Shown: positions 52,851-63,369, numbered from the stretch's first letter. The stretch: DNA of 64,000 nucleotides from Promethearchaeota archaeon (GCA_011364925.1 RDOA01000006.1:32484-96483), one strand, 5' to 3'. Notes: generated by a model from the letters alone, not told the origin. Program-made: numbers and translations.

Positions 52851-54617
52851 TTAATTTGGCATTAAATCTGGAGGAGGTGTCTTAAGGCAGAAACCACATT
52901 TCCCAAATGATTTTATAGTTTGCTCCCAGCAGTGTTTATGATAACTTCGTTCGCAATAAGGACAATCTGTATGACATGTTTCCTCCTCTGATCCTGCTAT
53001 CTTTAAGCTACAAGTCGGACAACCAATTTTATGGCATATAACGCAAGAAACTACTGACACTTCAAAGATTTTTTTGGATATTGCATTAAAAAGGTCTACT
53101 AAATAACTAAAAGGAGACCAATCGTCAAAGAAGGATTTAAAAGAAGATTGGAGATCTTGCTTAATCTTTTCATGCGATTCTAATTCAAATTCATTAGTGA
53201 TTTTAATGGAAGGAACAGTCATGGGGTAATCCACTGGTAGATCAATTTGAAATTGGAATATTAAATCTTGTGTTTTCATCTTACCTTTCATGTCCACATT
53301 CAATATTGAAGTTGATGGATTGTATTCGATCTTCTTATAGTGTTCCTTTAATAGTTCAATTTCAAAGTTAATACGTGAATTTTTATCTACTAACCACGCA
53401 AGTTCTCTGACAATTTCAACGGGTTCCGATTCGCCTTCTGTCCAATTTTTATAAGATTTCAGTTCGGTTAAAGGAGTCCTAATGATTTCTTGTAAATGGG
53501 AAGACAAATTGACTTCTGGGGGTTTAGGATAGGATTCAAGGTTCACATCTAAAAGATATTCTTTAAATCCGTACGTTACTAAATGAACTTTTAATTTTGT
53601 CATATCATCAGTAACTAAATCACATTGATATTCACCATGGATCTTCTTTGATTCTTGTTCAATATCCTTTATGAAGAATAATTTGCCTTCGAGTTCGTGT
53701 AGTATATCAACTATATGGGAAGGGTTATTGGGATTCCAAGCTCTTAATACTTCCAAATTTTGATATACATCACCAATCAGTTTACGAGCTTCTTCTGGAA
53801 CATTTATTAAAGGTTGAGAGGGGAAATTTGTAAAATTAATATTGATTATGAATGTTTTCGTAAGTGTAATTGTTATATAAATATTTAAATCTCCCCTTTC
53901 TTGAGAATTTTGATCGTACGCATATTCCTGTTGAATTAATCCAATTTCTGTGTTTAAAGCTACGCTAGTATTTGAATGATCTGCATAGAGTTCCGGTTCG
54001 GTTAACTCTGGGGTTTCTTTAGATATATTTTCATTTATTTTAAGAACATCATTTTGTTTTGAAGTCTCGCTCGAATCCTTTTCATAAGACAAATCTTCAG
54101 AGTTCTCAGTAGGAGTTACAAATTGCTCGTACTCAAAATCAGGAGGATACGCACTTAAATCAGGCGTAATATATTTTACTTCCTCAGGTTCTTTTTCTAA
54201 CAATTCTCCATCGCGTTTTGTTGTTTCTAAAGGTTCTTCGACAAGTCGATCGTTGTGCTCAATACGATCTTCCAAAATCGTGGTTACCTGCTGATCTATG
54301 TCCCTTTCTGAAACATTTAGAGCTTGAAGGATTTTCACTTTTAGTTCTTGAAGTATTTCTAAGACAGATGAATTCTCAGACCAATCATTTTCTGCTTTTA
54401 AATGAATATCGCCTAATAATTCCTTGAATTCTTTATGATAAATTAATTTTGGAGGAGTATCAGGAAAATCTTCAGTGAATTTGATTTCTAGTTCGTACTT
54501 TGCGTCAGGTGTCTCATAAACATATCCAAATAGATGTTCAATATTACCTGAAACCATCCAAAATGAGAACTTCGCAGCGATTTTCTGAGCTTCCTTTAAA
54601 ATTCTTTGTTTATCCAT
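52851..54617 (-). CDS. four tandem UBC-fold (UEV/RWD-like, no catalytic Cys) domains plus a C-terminal C4HC3 RING/PHD-like zinc finger
   Basis: 588 aa. Four units each have a (Y/F)Pxx(x)P turn and a downstream W...helix: FPDTPPKLIY...DWSENSSVLEILQEL; FPSQPLINV...AWNPNNPSHIVDILHEL; YPKPPEVNL...NWTEGESEPVEIVREL; YPMTVPSIKI...DWSPFSYLVDLFNAI. The C-terminus reads CVIC-x4-CPTC-x11-CH-x2-CPYC-x4-H-x-HC-x10-CGFC. Confidence 0.6.
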   Translation of the reverse strand: MDKQRILKEAQKIAAKFSFWMVSGNIEHLFGYVYETPDAKYELEIKFTEDFPDTPPKLIYHKEFKELLGDIHLKAENDWSENSSVLEILQELKVKILQALNVSERDIDQQVTTILEDRIEHNDRLVEEPLETTKRDGELLEKEPEEVKYITPDLSAYPPDFEYEQFVTPTENSEDLSYEKDSSETSKQNDVLKINENISKETPELTEPELYADHSNTSVALNTEIGLIQQEYAYDQNSQERGDLNIYITITLTKTFIININFTNFPSQPLINVPEEARKLIGDVYQNLEVLRAWNPNNPSHIVDILHELEGKLFFIKDIEQESKKIHGEYQCDLVTDDMTKLKVHLVTYGFKEYLLDVNLESYPKPPEVNLSSHLQEIIRTPLTELKSYKNWTEGESEPVEIVRELAWLVDKNSRINFEIELLKEHYKKIEYNPSTSILNVDMKGKMKTQDLIFQFQIDLPVDYPMTVPSIKITNEFELESHEKIKQDLQSSFKSFFDDWSPFSYLVDLFNAISKKIFEVSVVSCVICHKIGCPTCSLKIAGSEEETCHTDCPYCERSYHKHCWEQTIKSFGKCGFCLKTPPPDLMPN

Positions 54618-54883
54618 CTCGTTTCTTTTATTAAAGTTATTATTCTCTTATAGTAAAACATTAAACTATGCTCTTAAAAATATTCGCAATAATTACGAAA
54701 TTCTACATTATTATTATTAATAAAAGCCCAAAAATATATAGAGCAGATTATTTCAAATAAGTATAAAAAGAGAAAAATTATTGAAAAATGGAATGGGAAA
54801 ACAGCAGAAAGAATTCTAGCAATATTAAAAAAAGAATTAATTCTTTAAAACAAATTAAATAAGAAAGGAATTGTGACTTGATT

Positions 54884-55858
54884 ATGGACTTTAAAGAAAA
54901 AAGAATTCTTATAACTGGCGCAGCAGGATTCATTGGAAGCAATTTAACGGATGATTTGTTAGAAAAAGGTGCTGTAGTTATTGGTATAGACAATTTATTT
55001 AATGGAAGATTAGAGAACCTAAGTGGAGCTTTTAAAAATAGTAATTTCGAATTTCATAAAGGTGATGTTAGAGATTTAAATTTTTTACTCGATGTTTTCA
55101 AAGATGTCGACATAGTTTATCATTTCGCAGCATTTTCGAGTGTCCCTCTTTCCATAGAAATGCCCGCAAATTGTAACGATGTCAACGTGAATGGTGTTTT
55201 AAATGTATTGAACGCAGCAAGGAAAGAAAATGTAGATAAAATAATCTATTCTTCCAGCTCATCTGTATATGGTGATATCTTAGCTCTCCCCGTAAGAGAA
55301 GACATGCCTAGAGTACCAATCTCACCATATGGTGCTTCAAAACTCGCATGTGAAGCTTATATGCACGCGTTTCATCATGTTTACGGATTAAAAACGATTT
55401 CCCTGCGATATTTTAACGTTTTTGGGCCAAGACAAAAAGATTCTCCTTATAGTGGAGTTATTGCCATCTGGTTAGGAAACATACTTAGAAACGAAGACTT
55501 AACGATTAACGGAGACGGAACAATCTCAAGAGATTATACTTATATTAAAGATGTTATTCAAGCTAATTTATTAGCTGCAGAATACGATACGGGTGGTGAA
55601 ATCTTCAATATTGGGGCAGAATCTCCAATTTCCTTAACAGATTTGGCTAATTTAATGTTAAAATTAACTAGTAAAAGTAATTTAAAGATTTATTATTCAG
55701 ACCCCAGACCAGGCGATATTATTCATAGTTACGCAGACATTACAGCAGCTAAGCAAAAGTTACAATTTGATCCTAAATACAATCAAGAGCAAGGATTATT
55801 AGATTACTTTAAATGGTATAATTTCACTTATAAAACAAACTTAAAAATATCGCCATAA
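54884..55858 (+). CDS. NAD-dependent epimerase (UDP-glucose/UDP-GlcNAc 4-epimerase-like)
   Basis: MDFKEKRILITGAAGFIGSNL and YGASKLACE. The ORF track begins at TTG 54878; ATG 54884 is preferred. Confidence 0.85.
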   Translation: MDFKEKRILITGAAGFIGSNLTDDLLEKGAVVIGIDNLFNGRLENLSGAFKNSNFEFHKGDVRDLNFLLDVFKDVDIVYHFAAFSSVPLSIEMPANCNDVNVNGVLNVLNAARKENVDKIIYSSSSSVYGDILALPVREDMPRVPISPYGASKLACEAYMHAFHHVYGLKTISLRYFNVFGPRQKDSPYSGVIAIWLGNILRNEDLTINGDGTISRDYTYIKDVIQANLLAAEYDTGGEIFNIGAESPISLTDLANLMLKLTSKSNLKIYYSDPRPGDIIHSYADITAAKQKLQFDPKYNQEQGLLDYFKWYNFTYKTNLKISP

Positions 55859-55918
55859 TAACAATTCTCGTGGAATTAATTTGGGAGGAGTATTAATAAA
55901 ATTATTTTAAAAGCCTTT

Positions 55919-56815
55919 TTAAACTGATCTTAGAAATTTCATTAAACTAGTTACTACTTTTATTTTAAATGGGAGAGTTTCTAATACTTTATCAGCGAAA
56001 TCAGAATATTTTCTTAAAAATTTGATAAATTTGTATAATTTAAGTTTATAATATTCTAACTTTATATCCCGTTTCTTTAAATTGGGGATATCTGTATTTA
56101 ATCTTCTTAGATAGGCTTTACATCTCGCTAAATAATACTGATACAAAGCAGCATATTCATTTTTTCCTTGAGAAACTCCTTGTTCATTTTTCCGATAATA
56201 ATACAACGGTTTGTTTATGAATTTGAAATTCGTCACTTCTTCTAATTTATATATAATATCTCGATCGACAGCAGCTTTTAATTTTGGATCATAACCAGAG
56301 GTATTTTGATATACTTTACGTAAAAATGTTCTAAACATTGAGATTTTATAATTAAAAATACTTGTTTTGGGGGGGATAATTTCTCCAACTCTTTTATCAA
56401 TTTTACAATTTTTCAGTTCGGAATCACACCTATACATTGATGTGTAAATAAAACCACAATCAGGGTTGTCTTTATACGCATTTACTATTACTTCAAGAGT
56501 TTCCTCATGAATTTTATCATCAGCATCAAGAACACCTATAATATCATTTTGACAGTTGTCCGCACCCATTTTCTTCGAATATCCAACTCCGAAGTTTTCT
56601 TTTAAAGCAATTAATTTAATTCTTTTGTCTTTTAGAAATGACTTAATCACTTTCACAGAGTCATCAGTTGATCCATCATCTACTATCACTAATTCCCAGT
56701 TTTGGTATGTTTGTGAAATTATACTATTTATAGCTGTCCCTATAAATCTTTCATTATTATAATTCGCAATAAAAACCGAAAAAGAATAATCTTTAGGTGT
56801 TTTATGACTGCTCAT
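55919..56815 (-). CDS. family-2 glycosyltransferase (soluble, non-processive type)
   Basis: 298 aa with FSVFIANYNNERFIGTAINSIISQTY, VIVDDGSTDDS, and LDADD (DxD). Confidence 0.9.
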   Translation of the reverse strand: MSSHKTPKDYSFSVFIANYNNERFIGTAINSIISQTYQNWELVIVDDGSTDDSVKVIKSFLKDKRIKLIALKENFGVGYSKKMGADNCQNDIIGVLDADDKIHEETLEVIVNAYKDNPDCGFIYTSMYRCDSELKNCKIDKRVGEIIPPKTSIFNYKISMFRTFLRKVYQNTSGYDPKLKAAVDRDIIYKLEEVTNFKFINKPLYYYRKNEQGVSQGKNEYAALYQYYLARCKAYLRRLNTDIPNLKKRDIKLEYYKLKLYKFIKFLRKYSDFADKVLETLPFKIKVVTSLMKFLRSV

Positions 56816-57027
56816 TTATGATATTATATTATGAATTTAGTTTAATAATTTTTATTCAATTTTGGTGAATAATTCATAACAGAAACTTAAAAGTTTCAAT
56901 TACCAGTTTGAATGATGAAAAATGCTAAGTAAGAAGAGGACATCTAAGAAATCGCTAAGTAACCAAAAGATTAAATAGGATTTATGCTTTAAACCCTTAA
57001 ATTTAAGAATTTGAACATCCTCAACCT

Positions 57028-58686
57028 ATGCCAGAAGAAACTAGGAAGGAAGAGCCAATGGGGAATCAAGACATCCCAAAAGAATATGGTTCCTTAGTTA
57101 AAAATTCGTTTTTTTCCTTTTTAAATACATATGGAACATTTATATTCTCAATTATCAGTTCCTTTCTTTTGGCTAGGTTAATTGGTGATGCATCATGGAG
57201 CTATTTTGTTTTGGGATTATCGTATATTCAAATAGTTTCCCTAATAATAAGATTCCTTCCACCTAGTTTGAACAATACTCTGCAATATTATATTCCAAGA
57301 TTTTACTCCTTAAGCGAGAATAATAGGTTAAGGAGTTTTATTTTGAGGGCAATTTATATTAAAGTCATCTTTCTTATTCCGATCTTTATTATCTCAATTC
57401 TAATTTTTACATTATTTGCTAACATTTTCTTAATAAACTTACCAGAAGCAAATCGTAATCTTGTATTTTTATTATCCCCATTAATCGTAATTACAAATTT
57501 ACAAGTTATTTTGAATTCAATAAATATCGGATTTAATAGATTTAAAACGGTTTTCATCACTTTTTTAACTCAATATTTAATCTATATAGCGTTTCTCCTC
57601 TACTTTTTCATCTTTTTTCATTATATCGCTTTGGAGGTTCTTGCATTGGTTTATGTATTTTCTACATTAATCCCATTTTTAATGAATATTCTCATTATTA
57701 CGAGAACTGTATATAAGATTAAAATCTCGAGAAAAAGTAACACATCGTTAAAGCAGGATTTCCGAGAAATGGTAAGATATGGCGGCCTTGCAAGAACAGC
57801 AACATTTTTTACAGAAATTTGGGCAGAACTTCAGGTTCAATCAATAGGAGTCTTTAGACCAGAAAGTGTTTTAGGTTTTAAAATATCGAGAGATTTACTT
57901 TCTGTATCCGTAAACGCTTCAACTGCAATAGCAAATCCGTTAACGGTCTCTTTCACTAGTTTTATTGCAAAAGAAAAAAAAGAGAATATCACCATGGCTT
58001 ATAACCTTATAATTAAATATCTAGTTTTTTTTATGGAAATACTGACGGGTCTATTGTTTTTTTTTGCTGATTTTTTTATCATCTTAATATATGGTGAATC
58101 GAGACTCATCTATTCTGATATTGTAAAATTATACCTATTTACATTTATATTTCTAATTGTATCGAGTCCTATTGTTTCCTTATTATTGGCTGAAAATAAA
58201 GGAAAGTCTTTAGTACTAGTCAAATTTATCGGTTTTTTACTACAATTTCCTTTGTTTTTGATTTTACTGATTTTTTTAAATCTTTATTACGCGATTTTTG
58301 GAATTATAGTTAGTAATTTATTATTTAGTGTTTTATATTTGTATGTAACTATTAAAATTGGAAATATTAAGCTAAATATAAAAAAAATTGGCTTACAGTA
58401 TTTAATATTTTTCTTTTCTTTGGGGCTAACCCTTATTTTAGATTACTTTCTCTTAGATAACTTGAATAAATTGGTTCTACTAAGTTTAAACCTTAAATTC
58501 TTTAGCTCTCTAAATATATTCAGTATACTTGTCTTTTTACTTGTTTTTATGTTTTTAGTAATACAATTTCGAGTTCTAACAGTTGGAGATATCAATAACC
58601 TTCAATCTTTTCTTTCTAAAAAAAGCTTAATGCATAAAATCACCAATAGGATACTAAATTTATCAAAAAGAATTCTAAAAGATTAA
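57028..58686 (+). CDS. polysaccharide/oligosaccharide flippase (Wzx, MOP superfamily), paralog B
   Basis: 552 aa polytopic protein, colinear with 36178-37830 (both contain FLPPSL...YY.P.F). Confidence 0.8.
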   Translation: MPEETRKEEPMGNQDIPKEYGSLVKNSFFSFLNTYGTFIFSIISSFLLARLIGDASWSYFVLGLSYIQIVSLIIRFLPPSLNNTLQYYIPRFYSLSENNRLRSFILRAIYIKVIFLIPIFIISILIFTLFANIFLINLPEANRNLVFLLSPLIVITNLQVILNSINIGFNRFKTVFITFLTQYLIYIAFLLYFFIFFHYIALEVLALVYVFSTLIPFLMNILIITRTVYKIKISRKSNTSLKQDFREMVRYGGLARTATFFTEIWAELQVQSIGVFRPESVLGFKISRDLLSVSVNASTAIANPLTVSFTSFIAKEKKENITMAYNLIIKYLVFFMEILTGLLFFFADFFIILIYGESRLIYSDIVKLYLFTFIFLIVSSPIVSLLLAENKGKSLVLVKFIGFLLQFPLFLILLIFLNLYYAIFGIIVSNLLFSVLYLYVTIKIGNIKLNIKKIGLQYLIFFFSLGLTLILDYFLLDNLNKLVLLSLNLKFFSSLNIFSILVFLLVFMFLVIQFRVLTVGDINNLQSFLSKKSLMHKITNRILNLSKRILKD

Positions 58687-58701
58687 GAAAATTTTAAGAA
58701 T

Positions 58702-61296
58702 TTAATCGAAGAGATTGAATGGGGAAATTTGCCGTATTATCTCTCTCATTTTCGTTTCAATTTTATCAGATTCTTTCTTATAATTAAGATTTAATAGGTT
58801 AACCTTTTGAATGACTGCTTCTAAAGAAGGGTTTTCTCGAATATCAAAATAATATTGTAATTGTCCAAATTGGGTTAATAAGTCAAAATATTTAGCAGCC
58901 CAACCTATAACAACAGTAGGAACGCCATTCTTGTAAGCTTGAATTACTGAATGATATCTTGAAGTAATTAAAAAGTCAAATTGTTTTGTAACATTTTCTA
59001 ATTCAATCGAATTTAATTCCTCGACTACAACTTCTACATTCGCATTATTTAGGAATTTATCCTTCAAACTTTTACAGTAAGCTAAATCTTCATAAGAGTT
59101 ATATAGAATGTAGACGTTTTTACCTGATTTTAATAAAGTCTGGATGATCGTATAGTACATAGAATCTATGAATTCCCTATTAGTTCTCGCTAAAACTCTC
59201 GCATTAGGAACTACTCCAACCGAATTTTGCTCGATGTTAACCTTTTTCAGTTCAAAATTTTTAGTTATAATATTGGAAATGTCTTCAAATTTATGAAGTA
59301 ATACTATATCGTGGCTTATTTTAATATTTTCGTGTGTAAACCTTCTAACACTTCTATAACTATCTTTTTCTCTACAATAAATCACTTTTGGGTATCCTAA
59401 GTACCACTTTAAAAGAGGATAAAGAAAAATTCTTTCTCTCAATCTGAAATCAAAAGGTCCAATAGCTTGAGGAAATATGTAATATGGGATAGAAAATTGT
59501 TTAGCCAGAATTATATTGATCAAAAATGGGATCCAAACATATTCCCGGATATCGGAAGACAGCGCAAATCCACTTAAATCAATAATAATTGATTTTTTTA
59601 AAATGGCTGTCGCTTTTGATCTGAAATTATTAATAAATGAGCTGCTAGAGAGATAATTAAATGGAAATCCCAAAACGATAAATTTCTCATTAGTCGTCCA
59701 AGGGATTAATTCAATTTTAAAATACTTTCTTTTATCGTTAAATAAATCTTGATAACTATTAGTAAAATTAAAAAAATTATAGTGATCTTGCCGTTTTTTG
59801 ATTTGATCTAATGCGATCAATGTCATTGCTTGAGAACCTTCGTTGAAAAATTTGCCACCAATTATTACAATATTATTTCTTTTAATTTCGCTAGATTTTA
59901 TTCTTCTTTTACTTATGAGAAATCCTTTTAATAAAATTAAGGGAGGTAAAATGAATTTACCAGTTTGGTTAATAATTACTAATAAAAGTTTCCTAATGCT
60001 TTGTAAGTATTCTGTTTTTATTAATTCGTATTTAATTTTTCTTTTTCTATAAATTTCGCCCCATTTAACATACTTTTGCAATTTCTCTAACTTTTCTTTA
60101 TCTGAGAGGTTAATTTGATATTCTTCCCCCATTTTTGGGATTAATCCCTTTTCTTTTACTAATACTTTAGAAAAGATGAATTGTTCTTTTTCATTTTGTA
60201 TATTTTGGGACTCCCAGATCTGTTCTATAGGTTCATTTTCAAGATTAAATAAGTAAGAGTATTTCTCAAAAATCATTTTTCCTTTTTCTGTTCGAATTAA
60301 GATATTTGATGTACCTTTTACACCTTGTTTTTTTTTAATGTAACAATCGGCAAATACTATATCAGCGTTAGAATTTGCTTTATCGAAACAAAACAAACAT
60401 CTGTTTAATCCAAAATATTTTTTTAAATTTGTTCTGATAGTTTTATCTAATATCAATTTTCTTCCAGAGTTAAAAATTATTTTTGAGTTCCCTGGCCAAC
60501 CATATTTCTCTTTTGTCCGATAGATATATTCTTTTATTATTTCTCTATGCTTAGAATAAATATCCTGCATAAAATGTAAATAATTGAAATTTAGTGTTGA
60601 CGAACAAAAAAGTCCCAGAAATAAAATATTATTTGCATCAATTTTGTTCGATGTAATGAATTTCTTTATCCCAGATAACTGACACGGAGTTCCGATTATT
60701 ATTACTTTATCTTTAGAATTTTCATTTAATTTTTTAATAACATTAAAAACTGATGCTGGCAGGTACTTGGATTTAGCAGATTTAACGATTTTAGGGATTT
60801 CGTTGGTTTCTTCTAATCTTACGGGTGAATTTTCAAAAAAGTTAAAATCTAATATAAAAACGCTCTTATATTCATTAGTTCGTATTAGTTCTTTTATAAG
60901 AGTTGTAATTACTCCACCACTGGTGGAGTTAAATCGCAATTTTTTATCTTTAGTATAAGCAGTATAGCTTTCTATAATGTTACCTTTGATGATCATATCG
61001 ATACTTTTCTCTTTTCTAATTTTTTGAGGAATGAGATCAATACCAGGACAATTATCAAGGCATTTTAGGCACTTTATGCACTTTTCCTCATCTATTTTGG
61101 GTTGAAATATACCTTGTGAAAATTCCATCGATATAGCTTCTTCTGGGCACACAGCAAGACAAATTTCACAAGAAACGCAGAGATCTAGATTACGGGTCTT
61201 TAAAACAGTAGATTCATTCATTGTACTTTTAAATAAAAATTTTACCTCATAGCGATTCTTATTATAGAGAGGTTCTTCCAAATCTATATTTTGCAA
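58702..61296 (-). CDS. fusion protein: 2x[4Fe-4S] ferredoxin + F420-hydrogenase/dehydrogenase beta (FrhB)-like domain + polysaccharide pyruvyl transferase (CsaB/WcaK-like)
   Basis: 864 aa with CVSCEICLAVCP and CIKCLKCLDNCP, then FrhB-like STSGGVITTLIKELI and IIGTPCQLSGIKKF. The C-terminal approximately 380 aa reads VIIGGKFFNEGSQAM...TSRYHSVIQAYKNGVPTVVIGWAAKY. Confidence 0.75.
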   Translation of the reverse strand: MQNIDLEEPLYNKNRYEVKFLFKSTMNESTVLKTRNLDLCVSCEICLAVCPEEAISMEFSQGIFQPKIDEEKCIKCLKCLDNCPGIDLIPQKIRKEKSIDMIIKGNIIESYTAYTKDKKLRFNSTSGGVITTLIKELIRTNEYKSVFILDFNFFENSPVRLEETNEIPKIVKSAKSKYLPASVFNVIKKLNENSKDKVIIIGTPCQLSGIKKFITSNKIDANNILFLGLFCSSTLNFNYLHFMQDIYSKHREIIKEYIYRTKEKYGWPGNSKIIFNSGRKLILDKTIRTNLKKYFGLNRCLFCFDKANSNADIVFADCYIKKKQGVKGTSNILIRTEKGKMIFEKYSYLFNLENEPIEQIWESQNIQNEKEQFIFSKVLVKEKGLIPKMGEEYQINLSDKEKLEKLQKYVKWGEIYRKRKIKYELIKTEYLQSIRKLLLVIINQTGKFILPPLILLKGFLISKRRIKSSEIKRNNIVIIGGKFFNEGSQAMTLIALDQIKKRQDHYNFFNFTNSYQDLFNDKRKYFKIELIPWTTNEKFIVLGFPFNYLSSSSFINNFRSKATAILKKSIIIDLSGFALSSDIREYVWIPFLINIILAKQFSIPYYIFPQAIGPFDFRLRERIFLYPLLKWYLGYPKVIYCREKDSYRSVRRFTHENIKISHDIVLLHKFEDISNIITKNFELKKVNIEQNSVGVVPNARVLARTNREFIDSMYYTIIQTLLKSGKNVYILYNSYEDLAYCKSLKDKFLNNANVEVVVEELNSIELENVTKQFDFLITSRYHSVIQAYKNGVPTVVIGWAAKYFDLLTQFGQLQYYFDIRENPSLEAVIQKVNLLNLNYKKESDKIETKMREIIRQISPFNLFD

Positions 61297-61465
61297 AAGG
61301 TATTAAAAAATAAAAACCTTATTTGAAAGCCAAGCTCAATCTAAATAGAAGGAGAATAAATTTTTGAATTATAGGATTTAATAAAATAGCGATTAATTAT
61401 AAGGGAATTAAGTATTTTTTAATCATAGAATATTTTAAAAACCATACATAAAAAGAAGGTTAATC

Positions 61466-62179
61466 ATGAGAGCAATTATACTCGCTGGTGGTAAGGGTAC
61501 GAGATTAAAACCATACACTTATTCTTTGCCAAAACCACTTATGCCAATTGGTGGCGAAATGCCAATTTTAGAGATAATTTTAAAACAGTTAAAAGAGCAT
61601 GGTTTCAATCATATAACAATGGCAGTAAACTATATGGCTAAAATTATTAAAGCATTCTTTGGAGATGGCAGCGATTGGGGTTTAAAAATAGATTATTCCT
61701 TGGAGAAGAAACCGTTGAGCACGATTGGTCCACTAACGGTTATTGATGATTTACCCGAAAATTTCTTAGTAATGAATGGAGATATTTTATCTGATATAAA
61801 TTATCAGGATTTCTTCAATTGGCATTTGGAAGAAGATAACGAAGTCACTGTCGCTACATTTAAACGCAGTTCAAAAATTGATTTCGGGGTTCTTAAATAT
61901 AAAGAAAATCAAGAAATCTTTGAATTCATAGAAAAACCCGAATATAATTTTGATGTTAGTATGGGAATCTATGCAATAAAAAGAAGCGTCATCGAAAGTT
62001 TACCTAAAAATGAGAAATATGGTTTTGATGAGCTTATGATTGATGGAATTAAAAAAAGATTAAGGATAAAAGCGTACCCTCACACTTCATACTGGCTAGA
62101 TATTGGTCGTAGTGACGATTATGAAGTAGCAAATAAAGATTATGTAAAAAAAAAAGATAAATTCCTAAATTCTCTCTAA
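61466..62179 (+). CDS. sugar-1-phosphate nucleotidyltransferase (NDP-sugar pyrophosphorylase)
   Basis: 237 aa with MRAIILAGGKGTRLKPYTYSLPKPLMPIGG. Confidence 0.9.
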   Translation: MRAIILAGGKGTRLKPYTYSLPKPLMPIGGEMPILEIILKQLKEHGFNHITMAVNYMAKIIKAFFGDGSDWGLKIDYSLEKKPLSTIGPLTVIDDLPENFLVMNGDILSDINYQDFFNWHLEEDNEVTVATFKRSSKIDFGVLKYKENQEIFEFIEKPEYNFDVSMGIYAIKRSVIESLPKNEKYGFDELMIDGIKKRLRIKAYPHTSYWLDIGRSDDYEVANKDYVKKKDKFLNSL

Positions 62180-62255
62180 AAATCTCTAATATACATATTT
62201 AAATTAAGATTAATTCATTATATTATTCTATTTCGAAGAGTTACACTTGTTTAAA

Positions 62256-63251
62256 ATGAATTTAGAAAATAAACGAGTTTTGGTTACAGGCTCTGACGGT
62301 TTTATTGGAAGCCATTTAGTTGAGAGACTTTTAAAAGAAAATTGTAACGTTCGAGCGTTTGTATATTATAATTCTTTTAACAGTTGGGGTTGGTTAGACA
62401 CTCTTAGTAAAGAGCAATTGGATCTAATCGAAGTTTTTCCTGGAGATATCAGAGACCCATACGCCGTTCGAGAAGCTGTTAAGGATGTAGACATTATTTG
62501 TCATTTAGCAGCTCTTATTGGAATCCCCTATTCTTATATTGCTCCAGAAAGCTATATCGACACTAACGTGAAAGGTACATTAAACATAATTCAAGCAGCT
62601 AAGGATTTCAACACGGAGAAAATCATTATTACATCAACTTCTGAAACTTATGGTTCAGCGCTTACAATTCCCATTACGGAGGAACACCCATTTCAACCCC
62701 AATCGCCATATTCTGCCTCAAAAATCGCTGCAGATCATATTGCTATGAGTTTTTATTATAGTTTCGAACTACCAATATCAATTATTAGACCTTTTAATAC
62801 TTATGGACCGCGGCAATCCGCAAGGGCAATTATTCCCACAATAATTACACAAATTCTAATGAAAAACGAAAAAATAGAATTAGGAAACTTATATCCTACA
62901 AGAGATTTAACATTTGTTCTCGATCTCTGTGAAGCGTATATAAAATTGTGTCAAACAAGTGGAATTGAAGGGCAAACGATCAATATTGGAAATTCAAAGG
63001 AGATATCAATTCAGGATTTAGCAAACAAAATTAAAGGATTAATGAATTCAAATATCGAAATTGAATCCTCTAATAACAGGCTACGACCAGAATCAAGTGA
63101 GGTTAATAGATTGTGCGCAGATACTAAAAAGGCTTTTGATTTACTCAATTGGAAACCTAAGGTTTCCTTAACTGAAGGATTAAAAGCTACTATCAAATGG
63201 TTTAGCGAAGAACATAATTTGAAGAAGTACAAATTAATATATAATGTCTGA
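62256..63251 (+). CDS. NAD-dependent NDP-sugar dehydratase/epimerase
   Basis: MNLENKRVLVTGSDGFIGSHLVERLL and YSASKIAAD (YxxxK). The ORF track starts at TTG 62247; ATG 62256 is preferred. Confidence 0.85.
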   Translation: MNLENKRVLVTGSDGFIGSHLVERLLKENCNVRAFVYYNSFNSWGWLDTLSKEQLDLIEVFPGDIRDPYAVREAVKDVDIICHLAALIGIPYSYIAPESYIDTNVKGTLNIIQAAKDFNTEKIIITSTSETYGSALTIPITEEHPFQPQSPYSASKIAADHIAMSFYYSFELPISIIRPFNTYGPRQSARAIIPTIITQILMKNEKIELGNLYPTRDLTFVLDLCEAYIKLCQTSGIEGQTINIGNSKEISIQDLANKIKGLMNSNIEIESSNNRLRPESSEVNRLCADTKKAFDLLNWKPKVSLTEGLKATIKWFSEEHNLKKYKLIYNV

Positions 63252-63369
63252 TCTCTAAAGCTAGACTATAGACTGATGAAAGTTTTAAATTTTAACATTC
63301 TATTTACTGAGACCGTATTTAATTGATTGATAAATTTTATCAGAAGCATTTAATTTAAGTAATTCAATA

